The notes below the pieces were generated by a model. That model made no database searches, was not told the origin of the DNA, and saw only the letters and a list, made by a program, of their open reading frames with translations. A stretch of DNA of 64,000 nt. Origin: Tubiluchus corallicola. Lineage: Eukaryota > Animalia > Priapulida. Positions within the stretch are counted from its first letter, which is position 1, and every line of letters begins with the position of its first letter. The translations under genes were made by a program, and so were the position numbers. This document shows, piece by piece, positions 52,901 to 59,475 of the stretch. The DNA lies in contig JAQGDQ010000391.1 in NCBI GenBank assembly GCA_030141605.1, positions 62,001 to 126,000 of the forward strand. Direction: 5' to 3'.

Positions 52901-55299
52901 TTGTATCACAGATGATTTACAACCTTTTACCAAACTTGATTGCCACATTCGGTGCTTCAGCTATTATCTACTGGTAAACTATTGTCACGTTTCTACTCAC
53001 TGACTAATTATTAAGCACTGTTCTGACATATGTGCAAATGTTACATCTACAATACTGCCCTGAGGAAAGTATGATTAGGAAGGATTATTATGCAAGAATC
53101 CTTTAAAGAGTCTTTCAAATTGAATTTGAACGAGTAACGACGGGAAGACAATATGTCTGTCCTTTGTGAAAAAAGTGGAAAATTCTACATGATTGTGGTT
53201 ATTTTGGAAACATTTTTATCCAACTTGTATAGATAAAGTTATCTGTCTTTTGTATCTTATTTTTTATCTAACTTGCATATGTAACATTGTAATACAGTCT
53301 ACAGTAAAGCTCAGCCCAGACTGTTTGATGGCCTAAAAAGCAACATTGTTTTTCTTTTGTTTAAGACAATATAGATGTTCTTCATTAAAAAGGCGCACGT
53401 TATTCAGCTGTGCATTTGTATCATTGATCTTCATTAGTCTGGTCTCCTTCGAAACACTTTCATCTAACTTGTATTGGGACAGATAGTAACAAAAATGAGC
53501 CCCTCGTGAGAATAAAGCCGCGACCTTGTACAGTAAAGCTCCGCCAACATCGTGTCTAGGTGGCCAAAACAGCAACAGCTTTTTTCTTTTTTTATTTACC
53601 ATCATTGTGTCTGTTCTTCTCCAAAAAGTGCTGCACATAGTTAAAATAAGCCTTTTCACAGTTTTGTTGTGCGCATGCACAGTTGCTGTAGGTGTCTCCT
53701 TGGCCTTGCCAAATGGTTCAAATGCTTATGTGTACTTAAAATTTGACTTTTTCACGATCATCAATCCCTGGAACTATGAAAAGGCTTATTGTGCCACTGG
53801 TAGCGCTTTCACTTTTAAATTTTATTACAGCTTGTATTAGAAATAAGATAAAAACACTTATTTACAGTAGCTAATGTTGTGCCAATAGATGTCATCGTGA
53901 GATTCGAACTCGGGCTGCAAGCAGTGTAGCGCCCACAATCCGTTTCCTTAACAACTAGGTCAACTGTACTGACACAGAAAGGTCAAGACATCACTCGACT
54001 TCAGGCAAATACCTGTCCGCCATCTTGTAGTAATTGCTTCCATTCTTGTACTTTTATTAGGGCAACGAGAATGGCAATGAGTGGGGTACTGTACGTGAAA
54101 TTTGCTGCAGTCATGTGGTGCGTCTGGAGCTTCATTGAGGTGCAGACTATTGCCCTGATGCTGTTCATTGCTGATTCATACATTGCGTTCGAAGTCAGTA
54201 CGTTCATCACCATCATTGCCATGGTAGCAGGGTCAGGTTTTGTCAGGTAAGGCACTTTCTGTAATTGGTATAGCAAATTAGCAACTTTTCTTTATAAAAC
54301 TAGCTTGTTTTGATCACGTGCTCATAGAAAACGAACTTTCTTAACTTTTAAAATACCCTTGCCACCCTGTACAATGAAGTATTAGAGATTTTGGGTCGAA
54401 GTAGTTGACGTGATCAACGCAAAAATGCAAGAGCAAGACCCCTGTAAGAAGGATACGATGAATGTCGTAACTTGGACATAGTGGAAGCCAAATGTCTCCA
54501 AAACAAGTAAGAAAATGTGCGCAAAAATGAAAAAAGTTTTGGCAACATTGTGACAGAAAGTAGGCAGGCTTATTTTGTTGACTCACTGATGACGTCAGAA
54601 AACACACACTGAAAGTTACAAACTGTTACAGATAACTTGATTTCATGGTTACTCAATTGAAAAATATGTTACATATTTGCCATTGTTTATGCTGTAATAT
54701 GACAAATAGTATTAGTATCATTAGTGAAACCTAGAAGATCGTAAGCGCTCAAAAAATGCGTTGAAAAATTGTGGATTCGGGTCACAGTGATTTGGCACAC
54801 TTTTTCCAAACCATTTATGTCTGATAGTAATGTACTACAAAATTTTTATCCTTGATTTACATATGAGCTTACAGTTCTATTTTTAATTATTAATATTTTT
54901 AATTATAACTTCAATGTGCGATTTAGACATTTGCTACAATCATTTTTCCCTTTTTTAGCCTTGCTATAACTATTTAATGCACTATTTCTTTGTAGACCAA
55001 TCAATGCACTGCCGGACTACATCTATTACCCGAGCTATGTGTCCATATATCGCTATGCTGGATACGTAATAGCAAACGATGAATTTCAAGAAATGGGCAA
55101 CACCACATGCGATGCAGAGGACAGAGTCAGAGGTCTGTGCCGGTTTCCTAGTGGTCAAAACCTGATGGAGACGTTCTGGCCGGTGGACAACCAGAGTCTG
55201 ATTGACAGTTTTGGAGTCATGTTTATCATGTATGCCTGTCTCTGTGTAGTAACATTACTGATATACAATCTGCCCATAAGAAAACAAACAAAAGCTTGA
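12427..55299 (+). CDS. ABCG5: ABCG5-like ABC half-transporter; composite 12-exon model (625 aa) using exon 1 of unit 1 and exons 2-12 of unit 3
   Basis: Hand-spliced exons 12427-12628, 44023-44128, 46509-46635, 47203-47320, 48275-48466, 48816-48896, 49600-49731, 50157-50247, 51034-51233, 52835-52973, 54061-54246, 54996-55299 are all GT-AG, phase-compatible and stop-free (1878 nt). NBD-then-TMD order; Walker A GSAGSGKT, degenerate signature LTESERRR, Walker B/D-loop LLVEEPMTGLD, H-loop TAHRP, CPEFENPLDFY motif. The exon 1 to exon 2 join is inferred; ABCG5 orthology is from the motif pattern only. Confidence 0.6.
12665..13090 (-). mobile_element. Antisense 3-prime remnant of a non-LTR retrotransposon (LINE) ORF2; copies at ~25445, ~36035, ~57785
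   Basis: Broken minus-strand translation LWTKYY..NKLNSAY / DIDHFKGIL..KSCNCLL / KVYAHW resembles L2/CR1-group RT C-termini; minus-strand aataaa near 12675. Confidence 0.45.
13651..14077 (-). mobile_element. Helitron-like non-autonomous element with CACCA-rich body, downstream of the cadherin (copies at 26427, 37018, 58583)
   Basis: Minus strand ends ...gccgggtttggCTAG followed by T (best preserved in units 2-4); homologous to the 17227 element. Confidence 0.45.
14412..16922 (-). CDS. Cadherin-like single-pass membrane protein, copy 1 (836 aa, single ORF, nested antisense in ABCG intron 1)
   Basis: Signal peptide MECKLFEVLFLLFTIARFSFS; cadherin-type motifs EDQYAPTF, LAEDSLIG..AKDLD, NNENPKF, ANDKD, FKIDKANGEI, YELVVKA, SPKF; TM LALLILLTVVLFGLIVALLVYLV; E/K-rich tail. 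Confidence 0.88.
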   Translation of the reverse strand: MECKLFEVLFLLFTIARFSFSEYINGHITGGRAPRKACLPSPNVQYEMTVAEKLFKRGNRMRLGIPDFSALFSIYYAEPYLTDATINGTRTDHQLFKIGNDRSGRKITLGPFIEYTANRRIEGYLLEYKRNQLQQEKPKLLLKFNCLGCFEAWSLLGIPVYCDRNRPYLWHEITLTLVIVPEDQYAPTFDLNPGRQLFLAEDSLIGSQLWKFPAKDLDEFALARNFIICMGELVNQGGNFSCTGEEYFQGKTTEKDFNSYQPAKRLDFCVYLNKKVHYKFTKNLILNLWLIPKTKFNAPPIGNAGPSKRQPRKLSLNVLIGKANNENPKFSHNLYQVGVYKENFSAPLKVEPAKIEANDKDRLGNVVFFSFPYPSQVENIFKIDKANGEITIAGNLPWAASYETVVYHTLVQATERDVATHCDRALVRIDITLNSAMFRMFRRNSEKISVDVFDYEHYDTLIFVTGVQIGNLEPQFTYTLKTKQGAYVDDFILIISKTHMPNISVLSLVLSSTLNAYIKDRYELVVKARNVANNRQAGTIDVTVNVKNAALRSPKFTQKAYLFDSTGVAGSYIGQVQATFETHNNVQLLYSILNFKNVAQMNSEGKISLIVNAKGKMVVGLSACIAGSNSKIRCDYAEAIILSPIDGNSPWTDPKHLSSKSNASSGLALLILLTVVLFGLIVALLVYLVRQTKSNISTSSADETKKEGVTKDVSAKGVASIKGEEIERLADTGVASNENDVVKRNEKVDGVETEGESQKRSNAEKHMDIEVTSVEKDEAEYNAETKNDLRKRRKEEEHADVEVTSVEGEELEDNCAGAISAETLETVSGGLVGAKK
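17227..17575 (-). mobile_element. Helitron-like non-autonomous element with CACCA-rich body, upstream of the cadherin (copies at 30011, 40609, 62130)
   Basis: Same terminus actagccaaaccc..caaaaaag..ttg..ataaactcacaaca as at 13651; CTAG mutated in units 3 and 4. Confidence 0.45.
18489..18534. repeat. (AT)n microsatellite (shorter in units 3 and 4)
   Basis: Read directly. Confidence 0.9.
20630..22948 (+). pseudogene. ABCG5-like remnant of unit 1: exon 2 with a 4-nt insertion (20630-20739), exons 3-11 deleted, terminal exon 22645-22948
   Basis: gaagACTGcggaaag vs gaagcggaaag in unit 3; junction at ~22035 joins sequence homologous to ~45405 with sequence homologous to ~54375. Confidence 0.8.
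27202..29712 (-). CDS. Cadherin-like single-pass membrane protein, copy 2 (836 aa)
   Basis: Full-length paralog of 14412-16922 with the same motifs and an intact ORF. Confidence 0.88.
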   Translation of the reverse strand: MECKLFQVLFLLFTIARFSLGKYINGHITGGRAPRKACLPSPNVQYEMTVAEKLFKRGNRMRLGIPDFSTAFSFYYAQPYLADATINGTRTDHHMFKIGNDRSGRKITLGPFIEFTANRRIESYLLKYKRNQLQQEKPKLLLKFNCLGCFQAWSLWKPVYCDRNRPVLWHEITLTLVIVPEDRYAPTFDFYPGRQLFLAEDTLIGSQLWKFPAKDLDEFAYVRNFFICMGELVNQGGNFSCTGEEYFQGKTVDKDLNSYQPTKRLDFFVYLKKKVHYKFTKNLRLNLWLIPKTKFNAPPIRNAGPSKRQPRKLSLNVLIDKANNENPKFSHNLYQVGVYEKNFSAPLKVEPAKIEANDMDRLGNGVFFSFPYPSQIENIFKIDEANGEITIAGNLPWAASYETVVYHTLVQATERDVAAHCDRALLRIDITLNSAMFRKFWRKSEKVSVDVFDYEHYDTLIFVTGVQIGNLEPQFTYTLKTKQGAYVDDFILIISKTHMANISVLSLVLSSTLNAYIKDRYELVVKGRNVANNGQAGTIDVTVNVKNAALKSPKFVQNSYLFSSTGVAESYIGQVQATFETHNNVQLLYSILSYKNVVQMNSEGKISLNVNAKGKMVVGLSACIAGSNSTIRCGYAEAIILSPTSGNSTWTRLKLLSSKSNACPGRVLLILLTVVLFGLIVALLVYLVRQTKSNIGTSSGDETKKEGDDTKDVSPKGVASIKGEEIERLADTGVASNENDVVKRNEKEDGVETEGESQKRSNAEKHMDIEVTFVENDKAEANAETKNDLTKRRKGEEHADVEVTSVEGEELEDNCAGTISAETLETVSGGLVGRKK
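31563..31660. other. ~100-bp hairpin (copy at 45424-45521)
   Basis: ccgtgacatgcgcatc ... gatgcgcatgtcacgg inverted arms, extended by ttcacaa/ttgtgaa. Confidence 0.75.
32465..32592. repeat. (CTATGT)n hexamer tract (copy at ~46335-46465)
   Basis: Read directly. Confidence 0.8.
35786..35997 (+). pseudogene. Broken ABCG5-like exon 1 of unit 3
   Basis: Start ATG changed to GTG, CGA to TGA at 35868-35870, -1 (gtgaagggctc) and +1 (gggattcag) indels. Confidence 0.85.
38092..40374 (-). CDS. Cadherin-like protein, copy 3; cytoplasmic tail truncated by a frameshift
   Basis: Homologous ATG (MECK) at 40374; the ORF-track start at 40422 is a TTG. Ectodomain and TM intact; extra base in the T-run at ~38099-38105 (T7 vs T6) and a further TAA at 37950-37952; the ancestral stop is near 37866. 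Confidence 0.8.
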   Translation of the reverse strand: MECKLFEVLFLLFTIARFSLGEYINGHITGGRAPRKACLPSRNVQYEMTVAEKLFKRGNRMRLGIPDFFSVNSFHYAQPYLTDATINGTRTDHHLFKVGNDRSGRKITLGPFIEYTANRRIEGYLLEYKRNQLQQEKPKLLLKFNCLGCFEVWTIWQPLYCSRNRPGLWHEITLTLVIVPEDRYAPVFDFNYLRQLFLAEDTLIGSQLWKFPAKDLDEFAYVRNFIICMGELVNQGSNFSCTGEEYFQGKTTEKDINSYQPAKRLDFCVYLNKKVHYKLTKNLRLNLWLIPKTKFNAPRIGNAEPSKRQPRKLSLNVLIDKANNENPKFSHNLYQVGVYKENFSAPLKVEPAKIEANDKDRLGNVVFFSFPYPSQIENKFKIDEANGEITIAENLPAAASYETVVYHTLVQATERDVATHCDRALLRIDITLNSALFRMFRRNSEKNSVDVFDYEHYDTLIFVTGVQIGNLEPQFTYTLKTKQGAYVDDFILIISKTHMANISVLSLVLSSTLNAYIKDRYELVVKARNAANNGQAGTIDITVNVKNAALRSPKFTQKAYLFDSTGVAGSYIGQVQATFETRNNVQLLYSILNFKNVAQMNSKGKISLTVNAKGKMVIGLSACIAGSNSKIRCDYAEAIILSPIDGNSPWTDPKHLSSKSNASSGLALLILLTMVLFGLIVALLVNIVRQTKSNISTSSGDETKKEGVTKDVSAKGVASLKGEEIERLAANDVASNENDVVKRNEKEDGVETEGESQKKK
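44023..44128 (+). CDS. ABCG5: ABCG5-like exon 2 (Walker A GSGKT)
   Basis: cttacag acceptor; GSGKTFLLNAIGMKGSGLLSGRIAINGTPCTEKYF; gtaagt donor. Confidence 0.85.
46509..46635 (+). CDS. ABCG5: ABCG5-like exon 3 (Q-loop region)
   Basis: tttcag acceptor; GAYVFYDNRLMPLLTVNETLKYSADL; gtaacc donor. Confidence 0.85.
47203..47320 (+). CDS. ABCG5: ABCG5-like exon 4 (signature motif)
   Basis: VKWAMVELDL...NLTESERRRLIIALQIIKDP; gtaagt donor. Confidence 0.85.
47370..47612. repeat. (CAT/CGT)n trinucleotide tract in ABCG intron 4
   Basis: Read directly. Confidence 0.85.
47661..48103. repeat. (TAGTG)n pentanucleotide microsatellite
   Basis: Long near-perfect array; source of the HYTTL ORFs. Confidence 0.95.
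48275..48466 (+). CDS. ABCG5: ABCG5-like exon 5 (Walker B, D-loop, H-loop)
   Basis: VLLVEEPMTGLDSFSA...IFTAHRPQSDIFPLLDRVTYLCAGEVVFTG; canonical splice sites. Confidence 0.9.
48816..48896 (+). CDS. ABCG5: ABCG5-like exon 6
   Basis: tgcag acceptor; YTKNMLEYFHGIGHPCPEFENPLDFY (ABCG NPxDF motif); gtaagt donor. Confidence 0.85.
49067..49460. mobile_element. Degenerate MITE (hAT-like) in ABCG intron 6
   Basis: agggc...gcctagggcgcc at left, gcctagggc...cgcccctg at right. Confidence 0.35.
49600..49731 (+). CDS. ABCG5: ABCG5-like exon 7
   Basis: ttttcag acceptor; LTLSSLDRRTPARLIETTTNVERLIDKF; phase-compatible with neighbours. Confidence 0.75.
49785..49922. repeat. (CT)n/(CA)n tract
   Basis: Read directly. 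Confidence 0.85.
50157..50247 (+). CDS. ABCG5: ABCG5-like exon 8
   Basis: ctttag acceptor; IYRMDSQQNRVPLSAWGHPWILPKIFTLTR; gttagt donor. Confidence 0.75.
51034..51233 (+). CDS. ABCG5: ABCG5-like exon 9 (start of ABC2-type TMD)
   Basis: RATWHLIRDWQHLSVRLLQLPLFMVILFLF...NQAGVQTRLGLMFY; gtaagt donor. Confidence 0.85.
52835..52973 (+). CDS. ABCG5: ABCG5-like exon 10
   Basis: AFHRNTYCQEGRDKLYGGFTFVVSQMIYNLLP...IIYW, typical ABCG TMD pattern. Confidence 0.8.
53895..53970 (-). mobile_element. Degenerate tRNA-derived SINE head or pseudo-tRNA
   Basis: Minus strand tgacctagttgttaagg (A box-like) ... gagttcgaatctc (B box). Confidence 0.35.
54061..54246 (+). CDS. ABCG5: ABCG5-like exon 11
   Basis: Hydrophobic TM segments ending VAGSGFVR; ttattag acceptor, gtaagg donor. 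Confidence 0.8.
54996..55299 (+). CDS. ABCG5: ABCG5-like terminal exon 12
   Basis: PINALPDYIYYPSYVSIYRYAGYVIANDEF...CRFPSG...last TM, TGA at 55297-55299. Confidence 0.85.
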
Positions 55300-57532
55300 G
55301 CAATTTCGACAATAACTGAAGAGGTAATTTGTTATTTGCACATGCTGAAAGGCTAATGTTTGAACTAGAATAATGAAAACATAATTTATTTATGATAATT
55401 GTAGTCAAATCTAGACTAATGAAGTTTTTCTGACACTCAAAGCCATTGACTGAAATTTGTTTATTTTAGAATTGCCTGTTGTTGCCTTTACCCCATTTTT
55501 ACTACAAATTTTAGCTGCAATAGCGTTTAGAGGTAAAGGTTCACATGTTTCTGTACTTTAATTAGACATTTATTTTAACAAATTCACTTTTATTAAGTCT
55601 GATGTCTGATCATGTATATAAACTCGTATTATAAATTTTTATGACAAATTTTATATTGTTATTACTGGGTTGGTGAATTAATATTTTTTATATTTGATGT
55701 CATGCTGTTTATATAAAAATTAATACAACATTTATCTAAATAACACTACTGTTGCTTTGTTATATAACTCTGTCGTTGCCTCGTTGCCTCGTTGCCTCGT
55801 TGCATCATTTTTATTGTTATTTTAGTTTTTAATGATCTGGCGAACCATTTTAAATCGCGCATCTTTACACAAACAGTGCTAAATTCATTTGGAGTGAATT
55901 AAGTGAGGACCAACTTACTACAGTTTGTCTATCGTTCAATACAAGCAATACATACAATATCTACTCGCCAAGAACGAATTTGTACAAAAATGACAACAAA
56001 ATTATTCATCTTACACAGAATAAGTTACTCAAAATGGAAACACAAAAATTACGGTTGTCATGGCTACTAGGGAATGTCTTAAAAATGAGGCCAGTGAAAT
56101 CACTGCGGTGTTTTTTAAAGCAAAGTTTAACTAGACACAATTGCAGACAAAAAGAGGCATCATTTTACCAACTTTAACGTGCAGCATGAAATTTCTTTAA
56201 ATTTTAACAATGATGCTATCTGTACATTAGTCATTATAATTTTGCGTAACAGTTTTAGTGTATTTATAAGTTTGTAGACACAGAAGAAAGTTTAAATAAT
56301 TATATCGACATTTTACACAATAGTTATAAATGTTTAAACATCTAAGCTAGGTCTATACATGTAAATTTCGCCGAACTGTATTTCTGTCAGCTGGCAACCA
56401 TATTGCTATAGAGGAAAACCTTCTTATTTTCAAAAAAGAATAAATAGAGAAAGAAACAAACATATACCGTTTCTATTTTAAATTAAAACAACAGATGGCA
56501 GTATTTGCAATTAGTGAGTACTACAGTAACATAATGGCTATGTATCATTGCTTCCTGCCAAAACAGTGTTGAAGAACTGTATAGGCGGGTAAAGATAGCA
56601 ACTTGTAAAGGGGTACCTAAAACTAATTGCAACAAAACTTTTCTTTTCGGGAGAGATGGTTTAGGAAATATACCCGAATTTTGGCCCAAGTAGGCGCCAT
56701 CTTGCATTTATGCGTACATTTCAAAATATCAAAGCTGAATTTAACCGACTTTTTGTTGAGGATTCCTTGAGAGCACACTCTAACAGCATTTAAACAAATT
56801 CGATTGCAATTCGTTCTAAGTTGCTTACTATCTTTACCTCCTAGTACTCTTCTGTATTAATTGTAAAAAAGTGCAAAATACCACTAAACCTGAAAGGGAT
56901 GCTGAACAGCTTTGCTAAGTATTTTGTAAATGAAGTGCAAGTTGAAAAAACAAAAAGCGTTGACGAAAACAATGAAAACGGAAATCCACACAGTTATTTG
57001 TAACTATACCCTAAACGGGAATGATTTTAAAATATATATGTCCAAGCCATATTTCTACAAATCGTAGATTAATTTCAAGAACACTAAAACCGTTTTAGTA
57101 TAGTATACGCTACGACTGCTTATCCCTTTTTCATCTAAACTTGTTTCAGACCTATTATCAAAATGGCTGCACCAACCTGGAGTTTAAAAATTAAATTTTC
57201 AAATTTTATAAAGAGTTGCTGCTAATAAAAGCTCTGTGCGCAATAAGACAGCATGTTGGTGACACAAAATTTCAAGACGAATTTCTAGCTTTACGTAAGT
57301 AAAATGATTTCTTGTGCTTTAACAGGCAACGTTAACACTAACAAACGGCTGTTTAAGGACATACACAGAGCAACGTAGAAAAGGGCACAATAAACAAACT
57401 AATGGCATAGATTATACATTTTTAGCGTTGGCAAACACTAAATTCGAACTCAAGACTCCGAAGTCTAGATCACTCAACCCAGGACAATGCTTATTGCTAA
57501 ATCATTAAGCTAATCTACGAAATTAACTTCAG

Positions 57533-57743
57533 GAAGCTCTGAATTGTTTCAAGTGAAACCATGAACTCTGAGGTGCCCTGGAACATGTATAAACACTGGA
57601 GTTACAAGGCGTTCGATACGTCGAGGACGAGGGATCTTGGTACGATTTTGTTCTGTGCAAACGACCAGTGAAGGGCTCGTGTTGAAAGATGTCAGCATGG
57701 AGGTTCGTAGCGGGGAGGTCATGTGTGCCATGGGATTCAGCAG
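57533..57743 (+). pseudogene. Broken ABCG5-like exon 1 of unit 4
   Basis: Same indels as unit 2 exon 1; frameshift leads to a premature TGA. Confidence 0.85.
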
Positions 57744-59475
57744 GTAAGTCATGAACTTTTACCTTGCACTGTTAGTTTTTATAATTCTCTATTTCAGCTT
57801 GTAGACATAGTCTTAAGCCATAAAAAGGCAGTATTACTATAAAATTAAATATAAAAATAAAAACTTACAATTTGCAGAAAAAATAAGAATAGTTAAAATA
57901 TTTACGAAAATCACATGCATTAAAAGTACATTAAAATTGCATTCCAATGGGCGGAGATTTTAGAACATATAAAACATTACCATTGTTAATTACATGTTTT
58001 AATAAACAATTACGAGATTTTAAGACATGGCATCTAAGATTTCAAGTACACTTACGCAAAATACCTTTAAAATGATCAATATCATTTTCTTCACAGATTG
58101 TAGATTGCATTTTAGCCTAGCTGTGTGGTAAGCAGAATTTATCTAATTAAAATTGTACAAGTAATATTTAGTCCAGAGATTGGGACAAGAAAATCACCAA
58201 CAAAATGACTTAATTGGCGCACGTTTTACACCTTGAGCATGACACCTACTCACGAGTAACTCATGATATATCAAGAATCAGATTCTGATCATTTTTCAGA
58301 TTCAGATTACGTTTCGTAGTCGTAAACAATAAATAGGTGTATGTAGTTTATTATGGTGCTCAAAGAAGTGAGTTGAATCAGCAAAGTTTACATTGTCATA
58401 GCAGTTTCTAATATTTGATATTTGTCATTAGCATGTCCTTTTCTGAGGATTTGGCTCTATTGGTCGTGCGGTACGATTTATTTTGTGCTCGCATACCGCA
58501 TCTTTCGACTTTTTCGTCTGCTGTGAAATTCCGAAGGTCCATATATTTTGAGACAAACCCTAATTGGACACTATTAATTATACTAGCCAAACCCGGCAAA
58601 AAGAATTTTGTACTTAAACTCACAACAACAACCCGCACCACGTCACACTGCCACCCAGCACCCTACTCACAAAACACCACCCACACCATACCACATCAAC
58701 CCACGGCACCACTCACAACACACCACCCACCCAACACCACCCCTCCCACTATAGCACATCGCAACACCACAGCACACCCAAATTATCCACACCGCATCAT
58801 CCACACCACACTGTCAGTACCCTACCACACCACCTGATTATCCACACCACACCACACTGTCAATACCACATCACTTCATCAATACCACATATACCCTACC
58901 ACCCCACCACACCTCACAGTCCTCTGTCCCTTGGCAGCTCGGGGCAAGGCGTCCGCAACATTATGATAACGGTAATTCATTTCATACAGCTTCCTATTAG
59001 ATCACATCAGTAGGCAGAAAAATTTTCTTGCATTGCTAAAACATTTGACCAACGGTAACAATGTGAAGGATGTTTATTTCTCATACTTCTCCAAACTGAG
59101 AAGCCTATTAAATTTCATTGAATGTAACTTACACAAACCCTAGTGCATCAGAAAAGTAACATTTTCAAAACAAAGAAAATTTATTTGTTTCAGAATTTCT
59201 AGCAAAAACAATATCTAAATATGTTTTAAAAAACTGATAAACATAAATTGACCTAAAGCAACTACACAATGTTTTCAAAAATGGTAAATGTAAGAAAGGA
59301 CTGTAAAACAAATATTTTCTGTTACATTAATTACTGTTTACAATGGCAACTATTTTTTTCCTCCTACGAGACCGCCTGACACCGTCTCAAGTGTTTCTGC
59401 TGAAATAGTTCCTGCACAATTATCTTCTAGTTCTTCTCCTTCTACGGAAGTAACCTCAACATCTGCATGCTCCTC

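Larger units (their letters stand above)
35776..57522 (+). repeat. Segmental tandem duplication unit 3 (longest, ~21.7 kb)
   Basis: Contains all of ABCG exons 2-12. Confidence 0.9.
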
